A stretch of DNA of 32,942 nt from Pontiellaceae bacterium (GTDB taxonomy: Bacteria; Verrucomicrobiota; Kiritimatiellia; Kiritimatiellales; Tichowtungiaceae). Below are positions 17,216 to 26,893 of the stretch, in pieces. Made by a program: the position numbers and the translations under genes. Numbering within the stretch: position 1 is the first letter of the stretch; the number at the start of each line of letters is the position of its first letter. The notes beneath the pieces are model-generated. The model saw only the letters and a list, made by a program, of their open reading frames with translations, was not told the DNA's origin and searched no databases. Where the stretch lies: NCBI GenBank assembly GCA_029934215.1, contig JAOZMR010000002.1, positions 1 through 32,942 of the forward strand, in the 5' to 3' direction.

Positions 17216-18705
17216 GGTTGTTCCTTTTCGCTGGGTTGATGAAGGGGCGCTGGTGCGAGGTCGTGAATGTAGAAAAGCGATGGTTCGTTGGTGGTGCTGT
17301 TTTGTGTTTCGTGCGAGAAGGCGGTGTTGCGCATTCGTCCTGTGGCGATGAGGATTGCTTCCCAGGCTTCGCCGACGCCGACGCGGGATTTAATGAATTG
17401 TTCGGTGGAGTGGACGGAGTCTTTTTGTACTTCGTTGAGTCGGGTGACTCGGACGAGGTTGTTTTGGTATAGGAGTGTTACGAGTTCGCGGTCTTCGAGT
17501 GCGGCTTCGCGGCGTAGGACGGCGTTGTGGTAGAGCTGAAGGGAGTGATTGAAGTTTTTGAAGAGTCGTGTGAGTTCTTCTCGAAGGTCCATCTGGCTTT
17601 GTTCGAGTTCTAGCTCCGAAATCACGCGCTGGATTTTTGATCGGATGATTTGATGGTGTGAGGAAAAGCCTGAGAAAAGGGGCCAGGTTAGGGCGACGCC
17701 GATGGAGCCTGCGGCAGCTTCTGGAACGCGAAAGTCGGGGGTGTTTGCGTGGCCTACGGAGTAGTTTGCATTAAATGTTACGGTGGGCAGGCGTGTGCCG
17801 CGAGTGATGTTGACATCGAGTTTTGCGATGTCGAGGCGTTCTTTTTGTTGTCGAATGTCTGTGCGGGTTTTCCATGCGTATTCGAGTTGTTCTTCTAGGT
17901 CGATGTCGAGAAACGCTAGCTCGTCTGGATATGGATCAACGAAACGGTGTGTATCCACGGACAGAACGTTATTGGTTTGTAGTAGTTTTTCTAAGATTGT
18001 GATATTTGAGTCGAAGAGTAGGCGCTGGGAGAAGTAGGTGTTTACGTCTTCCATGAGTTTGACTTTGAAGTTTAAAATGTCGCTTCGCCGTCCAACGCCT
18101 GCGCTATATTTCTGCACTTCGGTGTCGAGCATTCTGTGGTTGAAGAAGATGTCTTGCTGCGATGCGTCCATTCGATCTTGCGCCAAAACGGTGGCAAACC
18201 AAACGGTGCTGATAATCTGGTGGAGCCCGCGCCGCGCTTCTTTTTCGGCGAATTGCTGCGCGTTGCGTTCGTGCGAGGATTTGAGGACGTTCAACTCGCG
18301 TTGAAAGCCATCGAAAATCAACCAGGTACCGTTTAGGCTGGCAGAATATGCGTCGTCTTCTTGACGGTGCCCGCGTCCGGTGTAGGTTTCTCCCCAGCTC
18401 ATGCCAAAGGAGAGCGATGGCCAATATGCGCTTCGCTGAATGCTTAGTTCTCGTTGGGCGGAACGGACTGCGGCTTCGGCGACTTTGAGGGTTACAGAGT
18501 TTGAAAAGACTTCTGCAATTACGCCGTCGAGTTGCAGGTGAATCAGGTTTGTGGAGAGTGGGATTTTCCATGGCGTTTCGCCGCGCCACGCGATCGGAGC
18601 ACAAGCGTCCGATAGCGTCGAGTCGATTTCCACCTTTTCGGCGAAGCTTGTGAGCGTAAATGCCAAAACAACGGTGAACATTGCTAGTTTTTTCTTTTTA
18701 ACCAT
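17212..18705 (-). CDS. TolC-family outer-membrane efflux protein
   Basis: Signal peptide and two OEP repeats (YWPSLS...WLIFDG; RLPTV...WPLFSG). Confidence 0.8.
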   Translation of the reverse strand: MVKKKKLAMFTVVLAFTLTSFAEKVEIDSTLSDACAPIAWRGETPWKIPLSTNLIHLQLDGVIAEVFSNSVTLKVAEAAVRSAQRELSIQRSAYWPSLSFGMSWGETYTGRGHRQEDDAYSASLNGTWLIFDGFQRELNVLKSSHERNAQQFAEKEARRGLHQIISTVWFATVLAQDRMDASQQDIFFNHRMLDTEVQKYSAGVGRRSDILNFKVKLMEDVNTYFSQRLLFDSNITILEKLLQTNNVLSVDTHRFVDPYPDELAFLDIDLEEQLEYAWKTRTDIRQQKERLDIAKLDVNITRGTRLPTVTFNANYSVGHANTPDFRVPEAAAGSIGVALTWPLFSGFSSHHQIIRSKIQRVISELELEQSQMDLREELTRLFKNFNHSLQLYHNAVLRREAALEDRELVTLLYQNNLVRVTRLNEVQKDSVHSTEQFIKSRVGVGEAWEAILIATGRMRNTAFSHETQNSTTNEPSLFYIHDLAPAPLHQPSEKEQP

Positions 18706-18775
18706 GTCTATTTTTCCTTAGACTGTATTTCTTCTGCAGGGCAAATGTGTATCGTTTTCAAAAGGCAAGTCATTT

Positions 18776-19672
18776 TCAATCCTGCCAATAAGAAATGTAA
18801 TGAGGAAGCTCTTTCGCAAAAAACTTCTCATAACCCTTAACGTTATCAAAACTCGCAAACTTTTTCTTTTTTACCTCGTCATACACCACGATCGTTATGT
18901 TGTAGGATTTCAAAGTCGCTGCGACGTTTTGTGTGATAGCCCCGTCAACCGTTAACAAAAAGATATGGGGCAAATTGGTTCTTTGTAACTCCTCAACAAC
19001 CTCCTGCCATCTTTCGCGCAAAGTTGTTTTCATTGTCAACAATGCACATTTAGCTCTGTTTGAAGCATACCCATCAGCGGATGGGATGACAGCGTCCACT
19101 ATTTTCCCTATGCCGTTTTCGCTGTAAAACTTGTTTCCAAGTCGCGCTTGGTTCGCAAAAGGATAATCTAGAATCGTGAGGATTTTTTCGATGACCCGTT
19201 CGAATGTTTTTCCAGCGCGACTTCTTCTGGAATTTGTTGTGCTTAGGCTCAACGCATACAGGTACGGCATAATTCGCCCCGCATATTCCCCAACCAAAAG
19301 CGTCATTTTTTTGAACAGTTCTTCCTTCGTTAAGTTGGTGTATTTGTTAGCGATATTCGCTTTATATAACTTAGCTAAAATGTCTCTAGGAATATCTCTA
19401 TTCTCAACGAGAAAGGTAATTATCTCCTTGTGAAAAACACACTCATCCTCTAAATGCCGATGCCAAGCCGTTTCACGCAAACTCTCTATAACATCAGACG
19501 GGGTTTGCTTTACCTGCTCGGTGGAAAGACGCAGCGCTTCATAGGCATATTCGGCATAAAACTCTGGGGTTCTTACGAGTTCGTTTCGTTTTTGTTTTAT
19601 GGTTACGCCCCACCATTTTTTTTCGTCAGCACTTAAATCAAAAATTGTTTCTATTTTCATTACGATCTCCAT
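18776..19672 (-). CDS. Type II restriction endonuclease, Ecl18kI/SsoII (EcoRII-C) family, likely CCNGG
   Basis: SRRSRAGKTFE and KTTLRERWQEV motifs of the CCGG-family REases; adjacent to a C5 MTase; AT-rich. Confidence 0.8.
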   Translation of the reverse strand: MEIVMKIETIFDLSADEKKWWGVTIKQKRNELVRTPEFYAEYAYEALRLSTEQVKQTPSDVIESLRETAWHRHLEDECVFHKEIITFLVENRDIPRDILAKLYKANIANKYTNLTKEELFKKMTLLVGEYAGRIMPYLYALSLSTTNSRRSRAGKTFERVIEKILTILDYPFANQARLGNKFYSENGIGKIVDAVIPSADGYASNRAKCALLTMKTTLRERWQEVVEELQRTNLPHIFLLTVDGAITQNVAATLKSYNITIVVYDEVKKKKFASFDNVKGYEKFFAKELPHYISYWQD

Positions 19673-19673
19673 T

Positions 19674-20861
19674 TTAACTAACTACAGAGGCCATGCCATC
19701 CTCTGCGGGCTGGTTGGACTCAAGTGCTTTCATGATTTGTTTGGCTACCGCTTTAACAACAGGAACGGCCACAGAATTTCCGAACTGCTTATAAGCCTGC
19801 GCGTCTGAAACTACAATTCGGTATTTTTCAGGAAAACCCTGAAGCCGCGCACACTCGCGAGGGGTCAGTTTTCGCGGATTTTTGTTTTCTTGGGCAATGA
19901 GTATTTCACTTCCGTCTTTGTAGTATCGCGCCGAGAGCGTGTTCGCGTAATCTGATTCATGGGTAAACACCGAGAAACCAAACCCATTTCCTTTTTCTCG
20001 GTGTTCTTTAAGTCGCCTCTCGTGCCCTGCCAATAGTTTGTCCGATATGGTGTATTTAGGGTCTGGATCGAGTTCGAGAATATTTCCTACTTGGATTTTT
20101 TCTTTTCCTTTTTGTGGTTCAGGGAATTCAAACTTAAGCGGGGTTCTGAAGGCCACAATGAATATTCGCTCTCGGTTCTGGGGAACACCAAAATCATAGG
20201 CTCGCAAAACTTTTGCGTAAACCTTATATCCTTCATCTCTCAACACTTGCAGGATTGTCTCGAATGTTTTTCCTTTGTTGTGCGTTTTCAACCTCTTCAC
20301 GTTTTCCAAGAAAAGAACATCCGGCTGCTTTTGGCGGACAATTTCCATTACTTCAAAAAACAAAGTTCCTCGGGTGTCTTCGAACCCCTTTTGATGACCA
20401 GCTTGTGAAAAGGGCTGACATGGAAATCCGCCGGCCAAAATGGTGTGTTCAGGGATCGTGTTTAAGGCGTCTTGACTCGCTGTAAATTTCCGAATATCTC
20501 CAAAAGGAACCTCTCCGTAATTCGCAAAGTATGATTCTTTTGCGAACTTGTCCCACTCGGATGAAAACATACATTTCCCGCCCACAGATTGAAGAGCAAT
20601 GCGAAACCCACCAATGCCAGCAAATAAATCAATGAATTGAAAATTTGGATTTTCCGGAGGCGGAAATGGAACATCCCATTTAATGGGAAACCATTCCTGG
20701 AAATCGGAGTTTTTTGTGAAATAGCCTGGCACAGATTCCTCCACACGCCATTCGTCTGTATTCGTTGGGTTGTGGAGGTAGTGAGTTGCATGCGCGAGGC
20801 TCTCGTCATCCCAGTATGGTTTAGAGATATCGAGTTTTTTTTCTATTGCTGTATAGTTCAT
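19674..20861 (-). CDS. dcm: DNA (cytosine-5)-methyltransferase, M.SsoII/M.ScrFI-like
   Basis: FIDLFAGIGG, GFPCQPFS, ENV, PQNRERIF, TRD KGNGFG...TLSARYYKDGSEILI, KQFGNSV. Confidence 0.93.
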   Translation of the reverse strand: MNYTAIEKKLDISKPYWDDESLAHATHYLHNPTNTDEWRVEESVPGYFTKNSDFQEWFPIKWDVPFPPPENPNFQFIDLFAGIGGFRIALQSVGGKCMFSSEWDKFAKESYFANYGEVPFGDIRKFTASQDALNTIPEHTILAGGFPCQPFSQAGHQKGFEDTRGTLFFEVMEIVRQKQPDVLFLENVKRLKTHNKGKTFETILQVLRDEGYKVYAKVLRAYDFGVPQNRERIFIVAFRTPLKFEFPEPQKGKEKIQVGNILELDPDPKYTISDKLLAGHERRLKEHREKGNGFGFSVFTHESDYANTLSARYYKDGSEILIAQENKNPRKLTPRECARLQGFPEKYRIVVSDAQAYKQFGNSVAVPVVKAVAKQIMKALESNQPAEDGMASVVS

Positions 20862-20894
20862 TTTGCTCTCAGCGTTTTTCGATGACTCATTTTT

Positions 20895-21734
20895 CTACGT
20901 GTGAATGCCATCGAGAAATCCCTTTCTGCGACCTAGCATTTGCATTAGGCGAAGGAGTGGTGCGTGGATAAATGCTTGAGCCGACCGATTTTTCAGCGCG
21001 TATTTCCAGTCGGCTAATACTTGCCGCACGGCTGGTATTCCTGAGTAGCGGAGCCAGCTTTTTTCCCAGGCCGTCCATTCAAAAATATCTGCGTCGGCTT
21101 TTCCTTCGCCATATTGACGGCGAAACCATTGCTTTAGGGTGTAGTTGTGCGAGTGATAGACTTGCGAGGCTGGGCAATACCGAATGAGCCCGCCATCCTG
21201 GCGAAGTTTCCATGTCCAGTCGATATCTTCGGAGTATTGTATGTCTTCGCTAAATTGCATGGTATTCCATACGCTTCGTCGAATGGCGGAGGAGGCCATC
21301 GAAAAACAGTGCTTCCATTTTTCCTGTCTGGCGCCGTCACCAAATGTGTCTTCTGTGTCTTTTGCAAAAAGAGGAAGGCAGTCGGGGCGAGGCCGTTGTC
21401 GACTAAATACCGCGCCGACGTTTTTTTCGTCAAACCCAGCCAAAAGGGTGTCGAGCCAGTCGCTTGTTAGTGGCGGACAGTCTGAGTTGAGGAAAACAAC
21501 GAATTCGCTTTCGGTTTCGCGCATCGCCTGGTTAAGTACCACGCCTGGAACATAGGTTCCGGCTGGCACATTAATCACCCGGTCTGCCAATTCTTCGCAG
21601 ATCTGGGTTGTTCCGTCTTTCGATTCGTTGTCCATGACCAAGATTCGGCTGGGTGTTTTCTGCCGGCGAATTCCTTCTAGGGTTTCTCGGATGAGGTCAA
21701 TATCATTGTAAGCGCGAACGACGATATCGATCAT
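20895..21734 (-). CDS. Family 2 glycosyltransferase (rhamnosyltransferase-like)
   Basis: Start MIDIVVRAYN at 21734 (ATGA overlap with the upstream gene), MDNESKDGT, FLNSD, SEDIDW, VYHSH. Confidence 0.85.
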   Translation of the reverse strand: MIDIVVRAYNDIDLIRETLEGIRRQKTPSRILVMDNESKDGTTQICEELADRVINVPAGTYVPGVVLNQAMRETESEFVVFLNSDCPPLTSDWLDTLLAGFDEKNVGAVFSRQRPRPDCLPLFAKDTEDTFGDGARQEKWKHCFSMASSAIRRSVWNTMQFSEDIQYSEDIDWTWKLRQDGGLIRYCPASQVYHSHNYTLKQWFRRQYGEGKADADIFEWTAWEKSWLRYSGIPAVRQVLADWKYALKNRSAQAFIHAPLLRLMQMLGRRKGFLDGIHT

Positions 21735-22882
21735 GATTCTATCTCCTTTTTCATGAGCCCGAATAGGTCGTCGAGGCGTTTCGGCGGTGTGTCGAGGTCT
21801 ACGTTTGTGGCGAAACTCGCGACGGAATCTTTGTCGTTTGGATCGTACCCATGCATACCTGCGAGATGGGTTTCGCCGAGGAAGCTTGGGCAGAGAAGTA
21901 GGCCTGGGTTGACTAGGAAGAAGAGGTCGCCGTAGCGGTTTGTTTTGAAGTCGCAGCCCCATTCGTGCATCTTTTCTTTCGAGAGGATTTTCCCGTTCGT
22001 CTCTTTTTCGAGCACGCCTCGAATGGCGGCTTCTGCGCCGGGTTTCAGGAACCAGAATCGCGCCATCGTGGAATCGTATACGGCGGCGTAGTCTTCGCCA
22101 AATTTTAGACCGAGCGCTTCGATTTGCGGGATCAGCTGATAATCTTCCGGCGTCGCGGTCATTCCATGGTCTGAGAAAACGTATAGATTCACTGTTTCGT
22201 ACTGTTCGTGCGCCACTTCTAGTAGCTTGCGCATTTGTTGGTCGTACCATTTGATTTTCTCGGAGCCTTCTTTCGCCTCTGGACCGTGCTCGTGGAGAAT
22301 GGCATCCATGTGCGCCATGTATAGGTATGCAAATTCGATTTCGCCTTTCTTCAGATCTTCTGTCAGCGTCGCTAGATTGTGCTCCTCGCTTTTCCACCAT
22401 TCGGAAAGATAGAATGGGATATTTTGATCGCGCAGATCGTCGAAGATGGTTCGTGCGCCGGAGTTGATTCCTCCCTTCTGATAGAGGTCGCGCTTTTCGG
22501 TGTATTCAAACATTGGAAGTTTGTCAAACGGCATGTTGTAGATCTGGAAGTATCCGGTGTATCCATAGAGACGCTTGATGAATCGGCTCATCAGGCGGCG
22601 GACGCGCCCGCGCCGGGTGATGCTTTTGGGAAGATATTTGAAAAAACGACAGAGCGCAAATGGCGATTTTTCTGGGTTGTAAGCAAAAAACGAAAAGTGA
22701 TCGTGTTCCCTCGGCATCAGCCCCGTAATGATGGTTGGGTCGCACGTTGAGCTATATCCAAAGATCGTATTGATCGGGGATTTGTATGGAAGCAGGTCGT
22801 CGAGAAACGGTTCTCGTTTCAGGAGTTCGTATCCAAACGCATCGATGAAAGTGAACAATGCGAGTTTTTCTTTTTTAGCCAT
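21731..22882 (-). CDS. Alkaline phosphatase superfamily (nucleotide pyrophosphatase/phosphodiesterase) protein
   Basis: FIDAFG, D...H.HG, FSDHGM and GMHGY metal-binding motifs. Confidence 0.85.
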   Translation of the reverse strand: MAKKEKLALFTFIDAFGYELLKREPFLDDLLPYKSPINTIFGYSSTCDPTIITGLMPREHDHFSFFAYNPEKSPFALCRFFKYLPKSITRRGRVRRLMSRFIKRLYGYTGYFQIYNMPFDKLPMFEYTEKRDLYQKGGINSGARTIFDDLRDQNIPFYLSEWWKSEEHNLATLTEDLKKGEIEFAYLYMAHMDAILHEHGPEAKEGSEKIKWYDQQMRKLLEVAHEQYETVNLYVFSDHGMTATPEDYQLIPQIEALGLKFGEDYAAVYDSTMARFWFLKPGAEAAIRGVLEKETNGKILSKEKMHEWGCDFKTNRYGDLFFLVNPGLLLCPSFLGETHLAGMHGYDPNDKDSVASFATNVDLDTPPKRLDDLFGLMKKEIES

Positions 22883-22915
22883 ATCTGGTTTCTCCTTTAG
22901 AACATCTGTTTTCGA

Positions 22916-24031
22916 CTACACTTTACAGCATTTATTTTTAAAAAGCTTTTTCTTTGTTTTTTGGCTACGCGCCGTATGCCCTACGTTGATGAGAAGCCCG
23001 ATCATTATGGAACTGACGAGCAGGCTCGATCCTCCGTAGCTAATGAAAGGCAATGCAATGCCTTTGGTTGGGATGGAGCCGGTGACGACCGCGAGATTGA
23101 TCAATACTTGGAGTGTAATCATGAACGTGATTCCTTGGGCGGTGAAACGCCCGAAGTCGTCGTGCGCCCGTTCGGCGATCTGAAGTCCGCAGATGAAAAT
23201 CACGACGAAGAGAACAAGAACCGACCCCGTTGCAATGATCCCGAGTTCCTCGCCGATGATTGGGAAGATGAAGTCGGTATGCGCTTCTGGAAGATAATCT
23301 AGTTTTTGGATGCTAGCGCCCAACCCTGCCCCAAAGAGCCCGCCTGAAGCAAAAGCACTTTGTGCATTCACCAACTGCCACGCACCGTCTTGCGCATGTA
23401 GCTCTGGGTTAAGAAAAGCGAATACCCGCCCTATCCGATTTGGATTAAAAGCAATAATGATGGCAAATAGACCCGCGCCAAAGAGCAATAAGCCCGTCAA
23501 CCACGAGGTGCGAGCACCTCCAGTGAAAAGCAGTATAAAAACAACAATACAGACCAGAAATGTTGTCCCGAAATCTGGCTCCAAAATCAGTAAACAAACA
23601 AACACCCCAAGCCCTATAAGCGGAACCAGAAGCCCTTTTTTGAATGTATGCATATAACGACGGCGTTGGTCGATCCACCATGCAGAGGCCAATATGATTC
23701 CTATTTTTGCAAACTCGGATGGCTGGAACGTCTGGTTAAAAATCGTTATCCACCGTCGACTTCCGTTCACGGGTGTTTCTGTTAGGACATAGAGTAGTAA
23801 AAAAATAGTTCCAACAGCGGCTGGCAACGCCATTTTGCGAACAAAGCCAAGATCAATTCTGGAACAGACAATAGCTCCGGCGACCGATAAAAGAAGCCAC
23901 AAGAGCTGTTTCTGCAGATAGGATGTCAGGTAGTCCCCCTTCAAAAAGCTGGCACTGAACATCATTACGACCCCAACGGTCATCAAAATGAGAACGGCTC
24001 CGGTTAGCATATGAATCGTTCGACGTTGCAT
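22916..24031 (-). CDS. ftsW: SEDS peptidoglycan polymerase FtsW
   Basis: NGSRRWI, FQPSEFAK, EPDFGT, LPEAHTDFIF, GEELG, PFISYGGSS; located downstream of murD. Confidence 0.9.
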   Translation of the reverse strand: MQRRTIHMLTGAVLILMTVGVVMMFSASFLKGDYLTSYLQKQLLWLLLSVAGAIVCSRIDLGFVRKMALPAAVGTIFLLLYVLTETPVNGSRRWITIFNQTFQPSEFAKIGIILASAWWIDQRRRYMHTFKKGLLVPLIGLGVFVCLLILEPDFGTTFLVCIVVFILLFTGGARTSWLTGLLLFGAGLFAIIIAFNPNRIGRVFAFLNPELHAQDGAWQLVNAQSAFASGGLFGAGLGASIQKLDYLPEAHTDFIFPIIGEELGIIATGSVLVLFVVIFICGLQIAERAHDDFGRFTAQGITFMITLQVLINLAVVTGSIPTKGIALPFISYGGSSLLVSSIMIGLLINVGHTARSQKTKKKLFKNKCCKV

Positions 24032-24045
24032 AGGGGACAGTTGTT

Positions 24046-24098
24046 GGGGGACGGGGGACGGGAAGAGCTGACAGCGGTCAGCGGTCAGCTTTCAGCTC
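24046..24098. repeat. 7-nt tandem repeats and hairpin between LysM and ftsW
   Basis: (GGGGGAC)x2, then CAGCGGT-CAGCGGT-CAGCTTT-CAGCT closed by GAGCTGA/TCAGCTC. Confidence 0.55.
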
Positions 24099-24107
24099 CC
24101 AAAACCA

Positions 24108-25265
24108 TTAATTTGGAAGCGGTATGAGAAGTTTTGTGCCGAGCGTTACGACCGAAGGATCGGTGATCCCGTTGAGCTCCATGATCTCTTTCGGCGAGCT
24201 GCCGAACTGGCGAGCGACGTCTTCTAAGGTTTCGCCGGGATAAAGCACATGCTCGTAAAGTGGAGCGGAAGAGGCAGGCGCTAGCGGGGCAAGGTCCGCA
24301 AGAGGTGCCAATTCGGGTGCTTCTTTTTTCTCCTCTACCGGTGCAGGTTTTGGCGCAGATTCGGGAGTGGGTTCAGGGGTAGGTTTTGTAGAGGATTCAG
24401 GAAGGTCGGTTACGTTGATTTCGCCTTTTTTGGGGATACTCAGGCTTTTGCCTGCAATGATTCGGTTGCTGGTGAGCGCGTTCTTTGCTTTGATTTCGTC
24501 AACACTAAGCCCCGCACGGTTCGCAATTTTAGACAGGGAGTCGCCACGCTGAACCACATAGGATGATCCTTGTTTAATTGGGTCTTGTTTGGACGGTTTG
24601 GATGGTTTGGAGCTTTTTTGCTTTTTCGGCGCTGGAGACTCTAACCGAGCCACAGGCTTCACCGCCCCAGAAAGACCAGGGATGCGAATTTTCTGACCGA
24701 CAACCAATCGACCCGGATTCGAAAGCTGGTTATGTTCCGCGACTTTCCGCCAAGAACAATCGTACTTAGAGGCAATACAGGAGAGCGTGTCGCCTTTTTT
24801 GACCACATACAGTTTTCCCGTTACATCCACGGTTTTCTGAGCTTCAGACTCAACATCGCCTCCTGAAATGCGTATTTCTTGCCCCACCATGATGGCGTTA
24901 GGATTTGATATATTGTTCTCTTTAGCCAACGTTTTCCAGGAAACACCATGCATTGAGGCGATCTTGGCGAGGGAATCTCCCTTTTTAACCACATACACCT
25001 GAGCGGATGTATCAATCGGCTCTGGGGCTACATATATTTCGGACGTGATCTCGGGTGGAAGAAGAATAGGTTCGGGAAAGTCAAACTCCTCAATTTGCTC
25101 CACGGGATACTCATCGATCGTATACATAGGCGGAGTTTGCGGAGACGAGCCGTACGGCCAATTCAGCCAGTCGATGGGTGAGCGTCTAGTTGCGCAACCC
25201 TGCATTAATAAAAAACCAGTCAACGCAATTAAATGCAGAGCCAAACGAAATACTTTTGAGTTCAT
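24108..25265 (-). CDS. LysM-repeat lipoprotein (4 LysM domains)
   Basis: Lipobox MQGC; YVVKKGDSL, YVVKKGDTL, YVVQRGDSL and HVLYPGETL repeats; Pro-rich linkers. Confidence 0.88.
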   Translation of the reverse strand: MNSKVFRLALHLIALTGFLLMQGCATRRSPIDWLNWPYGSSPQTPPMYTIDEYPVEQIEEFDFPEPILLPPEITSEIYVAPEPIDTSAQVYVVKKGDSLAKIASMHGVSWKTLAKENNISNPNAIMVGQEIRISGGDVESEAQKTVDVTGKLYVVKKGDTLSCIASKYDCSWRKVAEHNQLSNPGRLVVGQKIRIPGLSGAVKPVARLESPAPKKQKSSKPSKPSKQDPIKQGSSYVVQRGDSLSKIANRAGLSVDEIKAKNALTSNRIIAGKSLSIPKKGEINVTDLPESSTKPTPEPTPESAPKPAPVEEKKEAPELAPLADLAPLAPASSAPLYEHVLYPGETLEDVARQFGSSPKEIMELNGITDPSVVTLGTKLLIPLPN

Positions 25266-25292
25266 GATGAAACCTTCCTTTTTTTCTTATAC

Positions 25293-26597
25293 CTATCCAA
25301 AATCCCCGGCGTACTCGTTAAACAAGCACCCCACCTCGCGAACAAAAGCATCGCCACGTTCGCCAAAACTATGAAACTGATCGAAACTGGTGCACGCGGG
25401 AGAGAGCAAAACGGTGTCACCCGACCTTGCATGAGCCGCTGCGGCAGAAACAGCTTTTTCGAGTGTTTCGCAGGGCAAACACTCCACGGAAGTTGCCCAC
25501 GCCGCATGCATCGCTTCAGACGCTTCACCGATAAGATATAGACGCGAAACGTGCTTCACCAGAAAATCTTTTGCAAAACTCAAATCTATCTCTTTGGCTC
25601 GACCACCCGCGATCAAATGAATGGGCCCAGAAACCATCCGAAGCGCCGCACACATTCCCGCTAAATTGGTGGCCTTAGAATCATCAATAAAGCGGACACC
25701 ATTGATTTTCGCAACCGTTTCCATCCGGTGCGGAAGCGGCTCAAACGTACGGGCTGAGGCCTCCAGTGCATTCTGTGGCAGACCACAGGCGTTGGCAACA
25801 GCGGCAACGGCCGCAGCGGCTGAGCCGAGCACATCGTTATCGAAATAGGTGCCGCTCAAATCGATCGCCCTCACCTTTCCCGCCTGAAAACAGTAATCGG
25901 CCCTCACCCCCATGCCGAAGGTTTCGAAATCAACCACGACTGGAGTGCCTGGATTCTCTTGGCAAAAGTCAAACGGAAGGATCGCGACCTCATTCAGCGT
26001 CATTTTTTCGAAGAGCCGCAATTTGAGATTGCGATACGTCTCCATATCGCCATGACGATCCAGATGGTTGGGAAGGATATTGAGAAGCACGCCGATCTCT
26101 GGGCAAAAATCTTCGACGGTTTCGAGTTGAAAAGAACTCACCTCAATCACCAACCAATCAGGAACCTCAGGCAACATAACAGCTGCGGAAACAGGGAAAC
26201 CATAATTACCGCAAGGAACTCCAACCTTCCCAGCGTGCGCAAGAGCATCCGCAATCCACTTCACAACGGTGCTTTTCCCATTAGAACCCGTAACCGCGAT
26301 AACCGGGCAACGCCGACGCGACCACCCAAGCTCAAGTTCTGAAAGAAGCGGAACGCCGCACGAAATCAACTCCTGAATCCACGAATGCTCCAGCGAAAAA
26401 CCGGGGCTCACAATTGCAATCTCCGGGTGAAACGTCGAAACGTGAGATTTGAAACTCTTGATATCGCACGCATCTTCGTTCAGAACAAGCGTCTCCACTC
26501 CTTCACTACGAAGAAGCGCCTCCGCCGCCACACCACTGCGCCCGCAACCCAGCACCAGGGCTGATTTATACTCTGATTTTTCTCCTACATTTTTCAC
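25293..26597 (-). CDS. murD: UDP-N-acetylmuramoyl-L-alanine--D-glutamate ligase
   Basis: VLGCGRSG, VTGSNGKST, EVSSFQL, HLDRH, DDSKATN, LLSPACTSFDQF. The start (GTG at 26597) is uncertain. Confidence 0.92.
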   Translation of the reverse strand: MKNVGEKSEYKSALVLGCGRSGVAAEALLRSEGVETLVLNEDACDIKSFKSHVSTFHPEIAIVSPGFSLEHSWIQELISCGVPLLSELELGWSRRRCPVIAVTGSNGKSTVVKWIADALAHAGKVGVPCGNYGFPVSAAVMLPEVPDWLVIEVSSFQLETVEDFCPEIGVLLNILPNHLDRHGDMETYRNLKLRLFEKMTLNEVAILPFDFCQENPGTPVVVDFETFGMGVRADYCFQAGKVRAIDLSGTYFDNDVLGSAAAAVAAVANACGLPQNALEASARTFEPLPHRMETVAKINGVRFIDDSKATNLAGMCAALRMVSGPIHLIAGGRAKEIDLSFAKDFLVKHVSRLYLIGEASEAMHAAWATSVECLPCETLEKAVSAAAAHARSGDTVLLSPACTSFDQFHSFGERGDAFVREVGCLFNEYAGDFG

Positions 26598-26893
26598 ATC
26601 AAAACCCAACCCTAAACGTAGCGCCACTCCACGCCACAACCTTGCACCATTCAGAAACGGAGAGCAGAGTAGAACAGAGCATCCAACCTGTCCAGCTCGC
26701 AGGTGAACACATTCCAAACACGCTGCGTAGAATCTAGCGCAGACCAATCTTTGCAACCCGCTAGGGTGGAGACCATTAAGAAAACAGCTGCCGCTTCTTT
26801 TTTGGGCTGGAACACACAAACCTTGGACTCCACCCGAAACAACTGCTACCATTCCCCAGCAAATTCAATACACATAAAATTTAAACGACAGTC

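Noticed and set aside
18776-20861. The local R-M system as the reader of the TTCCAA-N3-TTGGAA motif
   Set aside because: Both proteins carry CCNGG-family signatures. The motif contains CCA-N5-TGG rather than CCNGG, and the island itself lacks the motif.
21735-22400. 222-aa N-terminal extension of the GT2
   Set aside because: It overlaps the phosphodiesterase in another frame; the ATG at 21734 has a coupled ATGA overlap.
26598-26852. 85-aa N-terminal extension of MurD
   Set aside because: It has no MurD similarity and covers an intergenic/promoter region with degenerate repeats.
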